From Deltaproteobacteria bacterium (GTDB lineage Bacteria > Myxococcota_A > Polyangia > Polyangiales > Houyiibacteriaceae): a stretch of 64,000 nucleotides of DNA. The stretch covers positions 1 to 64,000 of the forward strand of contig JAXMNT010000038.1 of assembly GCA_034670305.1 (NCBI GenBank), written 5' to 3'. The first letter of the stretch is position 1, and every line of letters starts with the position of its first letter. A model generated the notes under the pieces. That model was not told the DNA's origin. It worked only from the letters and a program-made list of their open reading frames with translations, and did not search any database. This document shows, in pieces, positions 20,078-29,747 of this stretch. The position numbers and the translations under genes are program-made.

Positions 20078-20453
20078 CTACCAGCCATAGCATGTTGCGC
20101 CCCCTGCGCCAGAAGGGCGCACCGCTTCAAAAGCAGCCCTGGATCACGCGCCACCCTTCCGAACTTGAAACACGTTCCTTTCAGATCCGAACGACGTTCG
20201 CCGGACCCGCCGCGAAATCATGGGGGATTCCGGCTGGCACGCCGCATGCTTTGTATCCCCGCAGACGGTGGTTGGCCGAAACTACCCCCCCCCTCCTGTG
20301 ACGGCCAACCTCGGACTCCGACGACTCGCTCCTGGACGAACCCCCCCTCATCCGGAGCGAGTCGTCGCTTATTTAACCTGCCGAAGCGGCTGATTCGTCG
20401 GTGAGGACCGAGAGGTCTTCGTTTCGTAGGCGGGCTGCGTATACTCCCGCCCC

Positions 20454-22031
20454 ATGAGTGACCAGGAGGAGGAAGAGCAGCGGGCGTTCGTGGTGGCCCG
20501 GCTAGGCACCGAGACGTGGGTGACCGACCTCCCCACCGGTCAGCACATCACGGTGGGTTCTGCCGAAGCCGCCGACCTCCGCCTCGACGATCCGGGCATC
20601 GCGCCCGGCCAGCTGCGGCTCTTCTGGGATGGCAAGACCGTGACGTTGGAGGCGACCGCCGGCACGTTCCTCCAAGGAAAGAAGTTCGCGGGCGCCTGCG
20701 AACTCAAGCCAGGCGAAGAGCTGGCGATCGGTGGCGCGCAACTCGTGCTCGGGGTGTCGGTGCCTTTGGCCACCGGTGGACGTCGCGCGCTGACCCACCA
20801 CGAGTTCCGCGAGCGTCTCTACGAAGAGCTCGCCCGCGCCAGTCGGGTCGGTCGTCCGACGACCCTGGTGATGATGACCGCGCGCAGTGGGGAGGGTGGT
20901 CGCATCTCATCGGCGGCGCTCGATTCGTTCCGAGGCGGCGACGTCGTCGGTACCTATGCCTCGGACGAGCTCGAGATGCTTCTCCCCGACACCGACTGGG
21001 ACACCGCGCAGTTCGTGATCGAACGGTTGCTCGCGTCGGCGGAAGTCGAAGCGGCGGTCGGCCTGGCGGTCTCGCCCGATCACGGCGACTCGCCGGAGCG
21101 GCTCTTGCGGGCTGGGCGGCGCGCGCTCGCGTCCGCGCACAACGACGGCGCGACGTTTCGGGGACCGCCCGAGCCCTCGGCCGGCAGCCCGCGCACGGAA
21201 CTGGCGGTGGAAGATCCCGCGACGGTCGCGCTCGTGTCCGACCTCGAAGACGCGGCCGCCGATGCGCAGCCGGTGTTGCTGCTCGGGGAGCGCAGCGCGG
21301 GCAAGAGCGCGTTCGCGCGGCTGGTCCACGAACGATCCGCCCGGACCGGCGAGTTCGTGACGGTGCACGGTGCGTCGGAGGAGACGTTCGATGCGTCGCG
21401 GCTCGAGCCGGCCGAAGGCGGCACGTTGTTCATGGACGAGGTGGGCGAGCTTCCGATCGACCATCAGCGCCAGCTCTTGGCGTGGCTCGACGAGAAGGAG
21501 CGGGACATCCGCCTCATCGCCACCACCCACCGCGCGCTTGCGGCGCTGGTGGAGCGCGATGCGTTCGACTCGGGTTTGCACGAGCTGCTTTCGACCCGCG
21601 TGCTGGAGGTGCCCGCGCTCCGCAACCGGCCGGGCGACATCCTGCCGCTCGCGACTCAGTTCGCGGAGGAGTCCGGCGCACCGACGCCGGTGAACTTCTC
21701 GCCGGGATCGATCGCGCGACTGCGCAGCTACCCCTGGCCGGGCAACGTGCTGGAGCTCCGCAACGCGATGGAGCGGGCGGTGCGGTTGGCCCGCGAGGGG
21801 GAGATCCTCGCCGAACACCTGCCCTCGGAACCGATGTCGATCGCGTCCAGTGAGGGCCGGCTTCGGGAACACGTGGACAGCGTGGAGCGCGACGCGATCA
21901 TCAAGGCGTTGGCCGACTCCAACCACAACCAGACCCACTCGGCCAAACGACTCGGCATCAGCCGCCGCGCGCTGATCTACAAGATGGAAAAGTACGGCCT
22001 GAAACGACCGCCCAAGGGCAGCAAGCGGTAG
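20454..22031 (+). CDS. FHA - degenerate GGDEF-like - AAA+ - Fis-HTH transcriptional regulator (atypical enhancer-binding protein)
   Basis: Walker A GERSAGKS, GGTLFMDEVGEL, YPWPGNVLELRN, HTH NQTHSAKRLGISRRALIYK; no GAFTGA. Confidence 0.85.
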   Translation: MSDQEEEEQRAFVVARLGTETWVTDLPTGQHITVGSAEAADLRLDDPGIAPGQLRLFWDGKTVTLEATAGTFLQGKKFAGACELKPGEELAIGGAQLVLGVSVPLATGGRRALTHHEFRERLYEELARASRVGRPTTLVMMTARSGEGGRISSAALDSFRGGDVVGTYASDELEMLLPDTDWDTAQFVIERLLASAEVEAAVGLAVSPDHGDSPERLLRAGRRALASAHNDGATFRGPPEPSAGSPRTELAVEDPATVALVSDLEDAAADAQPVLLLGERSAGKSAFARLVHERSARTGEFVTVHGASEETFDASRLEPAEGGTLFMDEVGELPIDHQRQLLAWLDEKERDIRLIATTHRALAALVERDAFDSGLHELLSTRVLEVPALRNRPGDILPLATQFAEESGAPTPVNFSPGSIARLRSYPWPGNVLELRNAMERAVRLAREGEILAEHLPSEPMSIASSEGRLREHVDSVERDAIIKALADSNHNQTHSAKRLGISRRALIYKMEKYGLKRPPKGSKR

Positions 22032-22184
22032 TTCCGCTGGTTTGAGCGCGTGCTGTCCCGAATGTCGGGGCGGCGTGTCTCGTGGTCGTGGGCGAGGGAC
22101 ACGTGGGCACGCGGGCCGTGGTTTGGGTGCGGTTCTGACGGGAAGCAATGCCCCTCTCCGGAATGAAGGTGGTATGGTGCCCTC

Positions 22185-22901
22185 ATGGCCATCGCGCCGC
22201 GATCTGCGGATGAACTCCTTAAAGACGTCTCGAGGCTCAACGAGCTTCCTGCCGCTGATTTGAAGGCCCTTGCGGAGTCCGCCGAGGTGCGAAAAGCACC
22301 CAAGGGCGCTCCGCTCTTCAGTGAAGGTCAAGACGCCGAGGGGCTCTGGATCGTTCGCACCGGCGAAGTGAAGCTCACCAAGAGCGGACGCGACGGCCGC
22401 GAACAGATCCTCTACCTCGCCCGTCCCGGCAAAGCGATCATCGAAGGTCTGCGGTTCGACGGCGGCGGGTACCCCGCAAGCGCCGTCGCCATGCGTGCGG
22501 CGAGCGCCATCTTGATCCCGAACGAGTTCCTCACGCGCCTCGGCGATCGCCGACCGCAGGTGCTGCGCACGTTGATCGACATGCGCGCCAAACGCTCCGA
22601 CCGCACGCTGCAGCTCGTGAGCGACCTGTCGCTCCGCACGGTGCCGGCGCGCCTCGCGTCGTTCCTGTGCACGCTCGTCGCGATGCGCGAAGCCAAGGGC
22701 CAGGACTCGCGCAACCTCGTACGCGACCTGACCACCGAAACCGTCGCCGGCCGACTCGGCACGGTCCGCGAAGAGATCAGCCGCGGCCTCGCGTACCTCG
22801 AACGCCAGGGCGCGCTGAACGTCAGCCCGGATCTCATCGAAGTCGTCGACCTCGAGCGGCTCGAACAGATCGCGTTCGGACCCAAGAAGGGTTCGAGCTG
22901 A
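22185..22901 (+). CDS. Crp/Fnr-family transcriptional regulator
   Basis: LFSEGQ, GEVKL..GREQIL, YPASAVA, RLASFL, HTH LGTVREEISRGL. Confidence 0.92.
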   Translation: MAIAPRSADELLKDVSRLNELPAADLKALAESAEVRKAPKGAPLFSEGQDAEGLWIVRTGEVKLTKSGRDGREQILYLARPGKAIIEGLRFDGGGYPASAVAMRAASAILIPNEFLTRLGDRRPQVLRTLIDMRAKRSDRTLQLVSDLSLRTVPARLASFLCTLVAMREAKGQDSRNLVRDLTTETVAGRLGTVREEISRGLAYLERQGALNVSPDLIEVVDLERLEQIAFGPKKGSS

Positions 22902-23160
22902 ACGACGACTGAGCCGTCGATGAGAGCGGCTGCGACGATCGTCTTGCTCTCGAAGTCTTGCGCACCGGCTGCGGAACCCAGCCACCGGTGCCCAATGGAT
23001 GTGCGGCGAGAGGCACGCGCGCACTGCGCGCAGCTTTGCGTGGGAGTGCCCTCCGCGCCGGGTGTGCTGACTTATGGTCCAGGGGAACTCGCCGAGTAGC
23101 TCCCTCGGCTCTTTGCCCTGAGACGGCACCAACCAAGTGCGACCGCCTAGTGGCCCGAGC

Positions 23161-23407
23161 GTCACCTGCTGCGGGGCCAGAGGACGCCGAGGTCGCGGTG
23201 TAGCTGAGAAGGCGGCGGGGTTCCGGCTTGGAGCGGCTGCGGGGACGGCCGCTGGCGGGCGGCGCGCTGCGGGGGCTTCTTTGCAGATGCACCATGCTGC
23301 TGCACCGCTTTGAACTGCCGTGTTCGGAGGACCGCCGTTCGTTGCCCGGCGGGCGGCACAAAGCGCAGCGCCCGACCCGCGTCGCCGGTGCCGAAAAGTG
23401 GCTGCGC
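23161..23407. repeat. Left arm of long inverted repeat flanking the RAYT gene
   Basis: Reverse complement of 24173-24417; core 23280-23350 is 63/71 identical to rc of 24230-24300. Confidence 0.9.
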
Positions 23408-23421
23408 CAGGAACAAAGGAC

Positions 23422-23450
23422 TTGAAACGATAGCCAAGATGTAGTATATT
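23422..23450 (+). promoter_or_regulatory. Sigma70-type promoter of the RAYT gene
   Basis: TTGAAA-N17-TATATT ending 12 nt before the ATG at 23463, in an AT-rich patch. Confidence 0.75.
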
Positions 23451-23462
23451 AGCCTAATCAAG

Positions 23463-24161
23463 ATGGCGCGCCGCACTCGAAAACTCAAACAGTTGGACCT
23501 GCAGTTTCGGCAGTGGGGTGGTCGACGGGCAGGCGCGGGTCGCAAGCCCAAGGGAGAACGGGCAGGCGTGCCGCATCGCCGGAGGTCGGCCATTCAGAAC
23601 CGGCACCCCGTGCATGTGACCATCAAGGTCGCGAAGGACCTACCGAACCTGCGCCGCCGCGACCTGAGGGCGGTCTGCTTTGCGGTGTTGGAAGAAGCGG
23701 CCGAGCGCCACGGCATGCGCATCGTTCACTTCTCGATTCAAAGCAATCACGTGCATCTCATCGTCGAGTGCAAAGGCACGACGGCGCTGCAACGCGGCAT
23801 GAAAGGTTTGCTCGTTCGGCTGGCCAAGCGGCTCAACAAACACCTCGGCCGGCGCGGACAAGTCTTCCCCGACCGCTACCACGTCGAGCCGCTGAAGACG
23901 CCGACCCAGGTCCGCCACGCGCTCCGCTACGTGTTGAACAACGCCCGCAAACACGCGGGGGCCCGCAAGAAGATCGACGCCCACTGGGTGGATCCCTGCT
24001 CCACCGCGCACACCTTCGACGGTTGGAAGTCGACGCCAAAGTGCCCTGGGAACTGTGATCGGGCCCCGAGGATGCCAAGAGCCGGCACCTGGTTGCTCCG
24101 GGTCGGATGGAGAAAGCGCGGGAGGATCCCGATCGACGATGTCCCCGGCCCTCGCGGCTGA
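23463..24161 (+). CDS. REP-associated tyrosine (Y1/HUH) transposase, RAYT-like
   Basis: PVHVTIK, HFSIQSNHVHLIVE (HUH), VFPDRYH, LRYVLNNARKH (catalytic Tyr); N-terminal WGGRRAGAGRKP. Confidence 0.88.
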   Translation: MARRTRKLKQLDLQFRQWGGRRAGAGRKPKGERAGVPHRRRSAIQNRHPVHVTIKVAKDLPNLRRRDLRAVCFAVLEEAAERHGMRIVHFSIQSNHVHLIVECKGTTALQRGMKGLLVRLAKRLNKHLGRRGQVFPDRYHVEPLKTPTQVRHALRYVLNNARKHAGARKKIDAHWVDPCSTAHTFDGWKSTPKCPGNCDRAPRMPRAGTWLLRVGWRKRGRIPIDDVPGPRG

Positions 24162-24172
24162 CCAAGCTTCAA

Positions 24173-24417
24173 GCGCAGCCACTTCTCGACCACGCCGAGC
24201 CCAGTCCTGGCGCTGTGCCTCAACACAGAGCCGGGCAACGAACGGCGCCGCTTCGAACACGGCAGTTCAATGCGGTGCAGCAGCATGCTGCATTGGCAAA
24301 CAAGCACCCTCGAACCGCCGCTGGTTCGGTCCGTTCAACCAAACTCCTGCGCGCCGGAACCCCGCCTCCCTACTGGCTAGGCCAAGAGATCAAGGCCACC
24401 AACCCACAACAGGCGAC
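24173..24417. repeat. Right arm of long inverted repeat flanking the RAYT gene
   Basis: Begins 12 nt after the RAYT stop; reverse complement of 23161-23407. Confidence 0.9.
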
Positions 24418-24465
24418 TGCGCTGGCCAGTGAGCTGCGCTCGTCCGCGACATTCCCGAGACGCGT

Positions 24466-25326
24466 TCAGCCTTTGACGCCGCCGGCGCCGAGGCCGCTGA
24501 CGAGGTGGCGCTGCAGCCAGTAGAAGAGCGCCATCACCGGCACGCTCACCACCAGCGCGCCCGCTGCGAAGAGGCCCCACTCGGCGTCGTGTTCTTTCAC
24601 GTAGCGCTGCAGCACGACCGGCAGGGTGAAGAACTCTTCGCGGTTGAGGAAGGTCGCGGCGAGAATGAACTCGTTCCAGGCGGTCATGAACGCGAACAAG
24701 AACGTGACCGCGAGGGCTGGGCGGGCGACTGGCAAGACGACACGCACGAACGCGCCGAAGCGGGTCGCGCCATCGACCATGGCGGCTTCTTCGAGGTCGT
24801 GCGGGATGGTGTCGAATGCGCCTTTGAGCTGGAAGATGGCGAAGGGGACCGCGCTCGTGGCGTACACGAGCACCAGACCCGACCGGCTGTCGATGAGCCC
24901 CAGTTGATCGAGGATCAGGTAAAGGGGAATCGCGGCGGCCACACCCGGAAACATCTGGGTCGCCAGCAGGGTGATCATCGTCGTCTTCTTCCCGACGAAT
25001 CGAAACCGGCTCATCGCGTAGGCGGCCGGCGTCGCGATCATCACGGCCACGAGCGCAGTGGCGATGGAGACCACCGACGAGTTGACGAGCTGGCGCACGA
25101 AGAGCCAGCGCCCGTGGTCGTCCGAACGTGTGACAACGGCCTCGAGATGGTCGAGGGACGGGTCGGTTGGCCAGGGGACCGCGCCCGGACTCGCGACGTC
25201 GCTGGAGGAGAAGGCGAGGGCGACGACCCAGAGGATCGGGTAGAGCGCGAACCCAACCGCAGCGATCAGCAACGTGTGCGAGACGATCGACTGCAGCGGC
25301 GTGGGCGGCCGAGTGTTCGGGGTCAT
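24466..25326 (-). CDS. Sugar ABC transporter permease (MalG-like)
   Basis: PAAYAMSRFRF, DLEEAAMVDGA (EAA loop), AWNEF, GLGAGGVKG. Confidence 0.92.
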   Translation of the reverse strand: MTPNTRPPTPLQSIVSHTLLIAAVGFALYPILWVVALAFSSSDVASPGAVPWPTDPSLDHLEAVVTRSDDHGRWLFVRQLVNSSVVSIATALVAVMIATPAAYAMSRFRFVGKKTTMITLLATQMFPGVAAAIPLYLILDQLGLIDSRSGLVLVYATSAVPFAIFQLKGAFDTIPHDLEEAAMVDGATRFGAFVRVVLPVARPALAVTFLFAFMTAWNEFILAATFLNREEFFTLPVVLQRYVKEHDAEWGLFAAGALVVSVPVMALFYWLQRHLVSGLGAGGVKG

Positions 25327-27488
25327 GCCGGCGCCGCCTTGCGAGACGCACCGAAGAGGCGGGTCGAGACCAACAGGATGCCGAAGATCAGCACCGCGTA
25401 CGCGGCCGCATAGCCGTACTGGCTGCCGCGCGTGAAGGCCCAGCGGTAGGCCTCGGAGACGAGGATCTCGGTGCGGCCTCCGGGCTCGCCGGCGCTCACC
25501 AGGAACACGACGTTGAACATGTTGAAGGTCCACACCGCGCCCATCGCGACGGCCGGTCCGAGGGCGGGGCGCAGCATCGGCAACGTGACGCGCCGGAACT
25601 TCTGCCACGAGGTCGCGCCGTCGACCTCCGCCGCTTCGTAGAGTTCGTTCGGGATCGAGGTGAGCGCGCCGAGCGTGACCACCATCATGAACGGGAAGCC
25701 GAGCCACACGTTGGTGGCGACGTTCGCCGTGAACGCGGTCGACCACTGCGCGAACCAGCTCACCGGTTCCACGCCGAGCCCTTCGAGCATCGCGTTGATG
25801 GCGCCGAGTTGCCGGTGGAACATGCCCTTCCACGCGAGCGCGGTGACGTAGCTCGGCACCGCCCATGGGAGGATCAGCACGACGCGGTAGAAGCCGCGCA
25901 GCTTCAGGGTCGGGCGGTGCAAGAGCAGCGCGAGCGCCATGCCGATCCCGAGGTGGAGCGCGATGTTCACCACCGTCCAGAGCACGGTGACGAGCAGCAC
26001 CACGTAGAAGGATCGGCGCCCGAGCAGGTCCCCGCCGCGCGCGGAGAGGATGTCGACGTAGTTCGCGAACCCGACGAAGTGCATGTCGGTGCCGCGTCCG
26101 GCAAAGAGCGACGCGCCCGCGCCGACCAGCAGCGGAAGTAGGACCAGCAGACCCACCGCGACGAACGCGTGGATCAAGTAGCGGTAGGCCGGCATGGAGC
26201 GCCGGATCGCGACGCGGGTCTCCGGATCCTGCAGCCGGCGGACCCAGACGAAGACCACGAAGAGAAGAAATGCGCCGAGTGCGAGCAGGGTCGGGGTGGG
26301 GCTGACCGCTTCTGGCATGGGGCGGGTCGCGTCTGCAAAGTCGGCGGCACCGTCGGCGAGCGCGGCGTCGATGGGGGTGCCCTGGCGCAAGGCCGAGAGC
26401 AGCGCACCGCGCGCCGGCTCGAACACCTGCCGCATGCGCGGATGGGTGGGCATCGGGATCGCAGCCGCGGCGGCGCTGCGGAAGGTCGCGAGGACCTCGT
26501 CGTCGCCCCGCTCGCCCGCGAACGCCACGACCTGCCGACCGACGCGGGCACGGATTTCGGCACCGACCGGTCCAGCCAGAAACTCCGCCAGCGACCGCGC
26601 CTCGGGGCGTTCGGTGTGTGAGGTGACGAACGCGGCTTCGATCGTCGAGAAGGGCTGCACGGCGCCGCCCGATCGCAGCGGCGGCATCGGCACGACGCGC
26701 CATTGGAGATCCTCCGGCAGCCCGGGCGCCATCCAGGGACCGCTGATCGCAGCGGCGGCTTGTCCACCCGAGAACAAACGCGAGACCAGTTCGCCGTTGG
26801 CTTCTTCGGGGATCGATCGTGCCCGCACCGCGTCGCGCACGAACCGGACCGTCGCGTGCGCGGCGTCTCCGACGAAGCCGTAGGTGCCGTCGTCGTTCAA
26901 GAGGCGGCCGCCGTGCGCATGCAGCAGCGCGGCGACGTAGTACGCATTCTCCGCTTCGAAGACGAGCGGGTAGGTCGCGTCGCAGGCGCTCGGTGTTTCG
27001 AGCAGGGCCTCGAAGGTCGCGGGCGCGGCGCCCGGGTAACAGGCCCGGTTCAGGTAGACCGCGGCGGTCTTGGTCGCGAGTGGGATCCCGTAGAGCGCGC
27101 CCCCATCGGTGAGCGCGGAGAGATCCTCCGCCGAGAACGACGTGACGTCGCTGCCTTCGATCGGCGCGATCAGGCTGCGCTCGAGGTAGCTCGCGAGCCG
27201 TTCGTGCGCGTCGATGAACACGTCCGGGCCCTGGCCGGTGGGGATCGCGCTCTCGAGTTTGGAGCCGTACGCGCCGAACGCGTTGGCGAGGATCTCGACC
27301 TCGATGCCGTGCGCCTGCTCGAACGCACGGGCGGCTTGGCGAATGGCGTCTTCTTCCGCCCCGCCGTAGGCGTGCCAGAGTTTCAGTGGCTCTTGCGCGT
27401 GCGCTTCCGTCGCTCCCAAACTTGCGATGGCGGCCACGCACGCGCGAACGAGCCAGCGCAGCGCGCGCTCCCGGAAAGCGGTGGTCAT
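25323..27488 (-). CDS. Fused sugar-binding protein (MalE-like) and permease (MalF-like)
   Basis: LWHAY, GPDVFIDAHE, ISGPW, PMP.HP.M in the N-terminal half; ILPWAVP, WLGFPFM, ELYEAAEVDGA in the C-terminal half. Confidence 0.88.
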   Translation of the reverse strand: MTTAFRERALRWLVRACVAAIASLGATEAHAQEPLKLWHAYGGAEEDAIRQAARAFEQAHGIEVEILANAFGAYGSKLESAIPTGQGPDVFIDAHERLASYLERSLIAPIEGSDVTSFSAEDLSALTDGGALYGIPLATKTAAVYLNRACYPGAAPATFEALLETPSACDATYPLVFEAENAYYVAALLHAHGGRLLNDDGTYGFVGDAAHATVRFVRDAVRARSIPEEANGELVSRLFSGGQAAAAISGPWMAPGLPEDLQWRVVPMPPLRSGGAVQPFSTIEAAFVTSHTERPEARSLAEFLAGPVGAEIRARVGRQVVAFAGERGDDEVLATFRSAAAAAIPMPTHPRMRQVFEPARGALLSALRQGTPIDAALADGAADFADATRPMPEAVSPTPTLLALGAFLLFVVFVWVRRLQDPETRVAIRRSMPAYRYLIHAFVAVGLLVLLPLLVGAGASLFAGRGTDMHFVGFANYVDILSARGGDLLGRRSFYVVLLVTVLWTVVNIALHLGIGMALALLLHRPTLKLRGFYRVVLILPWAVPSYVTALAWKGMFHRQLGAINAMLEGLGVEPVSWFAQWSTAFTANVATNVWLGFPFMMVVTLGALTSIPNELYEAAEVDGATSWQKFRRVTLPMLRPALGPAVAMGAVWTFNMFNVVFLVSAGEPGGRTEILVSEAYRWAFTRGSQYGYAAAYAVLIFGILLVSTRLFGASRKAAPA

Positions 27489-28621
27489 TCCTGTTCGGAG
27501 CCGGTCGCGTCGCCGCCAGAGTCGCTGCTTGAGCTCGGCGCTTCGCCGCCGGAGTCGTTCCCCTCGTGCCGCAGCCCGGTCTCCGGATCGAAACAGTGGA
27601 GCGCCGCTGGGTCTGCGTGCAGACGCAGCGTCTCGCCGGCTTTGGGCCGCTGCTCTCCTTCCAGCCGGGCCACGAAAGCCTGACCGCCCACCGTGCCGTG
27701 TGCGTAGGTCTCGAACCCCATCGCTTCGACGACGCGCACTTCGAGTTCGAGCGCCGCGCGATCCGAGCTGTCCTCCGACTCGGCGAGCCGCACGTCGTGG
27801 GGGCGGATGCCGAGGGTCTGCGGACCGGACAGCCGCAGCTCGAGCGGAAGGTCGACGCCTTGGGCGCGCGCCCGGCCGTCCTCCACGTCGACCTCCAGAA
27901 AGTTCATCGCCGGGCTGCCCATGAACCCAGCGACGAAGCGGGTGCGCGGCCGTTCGTAGATGTCGAGTGGCGCGCCGACCTGTTCGACCACGCCGCGGTT
28001 CAGCACGACCAGCACGTCCGCGAGCGTCATCGCTTCCACCTGGTCGTGGGTGACGTAGACCATGGTCGCGGCGAGCTCTTGGTGCAGCCGCTTGATCTCC
28101 ACCCGCACCTCGGCGCGCAGCGCAGCGTCCAGGTTCGAGAGCGGTTCGTCGAAGAGAAAGAGACTCGGCCGCCGCGCGATGGCCCGCCCCATCGCGACCC
28201 GCTGCCGCTGGCCGCCGCTGAGTTCGCGCGGGTAGCGTGCGAGCAGCTCGCCGAGTCCCAGCAGCCCGGCCACCTCTTCGACGCGCGCGTCGATCGTCGC
28301 GCGCGGCGTCTTGCGCAGCTCGAGTCCGAACGCGAGGTTCTTGCGCACGGTCAAGTGCGGGTAGAGCGCGTAGCTCTGGAAGACCATCGCGACGTCGCGG
28401 TCTTTCGGGGGCGCTCGGGTGACGTCGCGTTCGCCGATCTGGATCTTGCCTTCGTCGACTTGCTCCAGCCCCGCGATGGTGCGCAAGAGGGTGCTCTTCC
28501 CGCAGCCGCTCGGACCCACGAGCACCATCAACTGGCCATCCGCCGCATGCAGGTCGATCCCCCGCAGGACGGGCGTCTTCCCGAACTGCTTCTGGATCCC
28601 CGCGAGTGTCAGGTCGGCCAC
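27485..28621 (-). CDS. Sugar ABC transporter ATP-binding protein (MalK-like)
   Basis: GPSGCGKS, MVFQSYALYPH, LSGGQRQR, FDEPLSNLDA, YVTHDQVEAM. Confidence 0.95.
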   Translation of the reverse strand: MADLTLAGIQKQFGKTPVLRGIDLHAADGQLMVLVGPSGCGKSTLLRTIAGLEQVDEGKIQIGERDVTRAPPKDRDVAMVFQSYALYPHLTVRKNLAFGLELRKTPRATIDARVEEVAGLLGLGELLARYPRELSGGQRQRVAMGRAIARRPSLFLFDEPLSNLDAALRAEVRVEIKRLHQELAATMVYVTHDQVEAMTLADVLVVLNRGVVEQVGAPLDIYERPRTRFVAGFMGSPAMNFLEVDVEDGRARAQGVDLPLELRLSGPQTLGIRPHDVRLAESEDSSDRAALELEVRVVEAMGFETYAHGTVGGQAFVARLEGEQRPKAGETLRLHADPAALHCFDPETGLRHEGNDSGGEAPSSSSDSGGDATGSEQE

Positions 28622-28717
28622 GGCGCGAGGTGTACCGGACGAAGTCGCGGGGGCCAACACCTGTTCCCATCGTCCGACCCTTGGAGGCTGGGCGCGGATG
28701 GAGTACAGCAGGAGGCC

Positions 28718-29203
28718 GTGACGTTTGTTTTCAAGAGCCTCTTCAGCACCTCCGTTCCTTCGCTCTTTGCCGCGGTGCTTTCGGGAATCGCAGTCTTGGT
28801 CGCCGGATGCGCAGATTCCTCGGTCCGGGTCCCCGGCGACCCGTGCCTGAACAGCGCCGACTGCGCCGAAGAGGACGCCTGCTTCGAGACCCGAGGCTCT
28901 GGCGACCCCGTCTGCATGGAGACGTGCGACGAGACGACCCGACTGTGCGACACGGTGGACCGCGAAGTCTGCCTCCCCGGCCCCAGCGGCACGCGTGTCT
29001 GCTACATCGGTGGCGACCTCCCGTTGAACGCAGATTGTGCCGACGGCGGGGACTGCGATGTGGGTCTCGTGTGCGTGAACGCCAACGGGGAAACGAAGTG
29101 CAAAACCGCGTGCGACACGAGAGTGGGCAACTGCGGAGACCTGACGTGTCTGGTCGTCGGCGCGGAGCCGGCGGGCTACTGCGGACTCCCGCCTGCCGAG
29201 TAA
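28718..29203 (+). CDS. Small Cys-rich lipoprotein
   Basis: Lipobox VAGC; repeated GDPC..SADC-type units. Confidence 0.7.
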   Translation: MTFVFKSLFSTSVPSLFAAVLSGIAVLVAGCADSSVRVPGDPCLNSADCAEEDACFETRGSGDPVCMETCDETTRLCDTVDREVCLPGPSGTRVCYIGGDLPLNADCADGGDCDVGLVCVNANGETKCKTACDTRVGNCGDLTCLVVGAEPAGYCGLPPAE

Positions 29204-29210
29204 GGGCCCT

Positions 29211-29627
29211 GTGACCTACCGGACCTCCCTCAAGGTGCGCTTCGGAGACGAAGACCACGCGCGGATCGTCTACTTTCCGCGGTTTCTGCACTTCTTTCAC
29301 TGCGCCTTCGAAGACTTCTTCGGCGACCACGGCCATTCGTACCGGAAGGTGCTGGACGAAGACGGGTTCGGCTGGCCCGCCGTGCACGTCGACGTGGATT
29401 TCCAGAGTCCGCTGCGTTTCGGCGACGTCTTCGACATCGATGTCTGGGTCGAGAAGGTCGGCCGGAAGTCGGCGACGTTCCGATACCGCGGCCGGTGCGA
29501 GGGGCGGGACGTGGCCACGGCGACCATCGTCGTGGCCTGCATCGACATGAAGAAGTTCGTCGGGGTGCCGATCCAAGAGCCCTACCGGACCCTGTTCGAG
29601 AACAACCAGACGCCGCCCCAGGACTGA
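29211..29627 (+). CDS. Acyl-CoA thioesterase (4HBT/hotdog fold)
   Basis: VRFGDEDHARIVYFPRF, DFQSPLRFGD. Confidence 0.88.
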   Translation: MTYRTSLKVRFGDEDHARIVYFPRFLHFFHCAFEDFFGDHGHSYRKVLDEDGFGWPAVHVDVDFQSPLRFGDVFDIDVWVEKVGRKSATFRYRGRCEGRDVATATIVVACIDMKKFVGVPIQEPYRTLFENNQTPPQD

Positions 29628-29678
29628 GCTTCCGTCCAGCCTTCCGCGCAGCCTTCCGCCCAGCCTTCCCCCCAGCCT
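29628..29678. repeat. 12-bp tandem repeat, about 4 degenerate units (CTTCCGNNCAGC)
   Basis: GCTTCCGTCCAGCCTTCCGCGCAGCCTTCCGCCCAGCCTTCCCCCCAGCC right after the stop. Confidence 0.7.
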
Positions 29679-29747
29679 GGGCTCTGACGCGGCGCGTCGA
29701 GAAAAGACCGAGTGATCCGGACGGGTGTGCCGGGTATGCTCCGCGGC

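Noticed and set aside
23228-24307. Small proteins encoded in the RAYT inverted repeats (MLLHR.ELPCS..RRSLPG)
   Set aside because: Similarity appears in both strands' frames simply because the DNA aligns without gaps; no convincing starts, though coding is not fully excluded
24466-28670. 991-aa and 1115-aa ORFs as giant fusions
   Set aside because: Their N-terminal extensions are off-frame shadows of neighbouring ABC genes; real starts are 25326 and 27488
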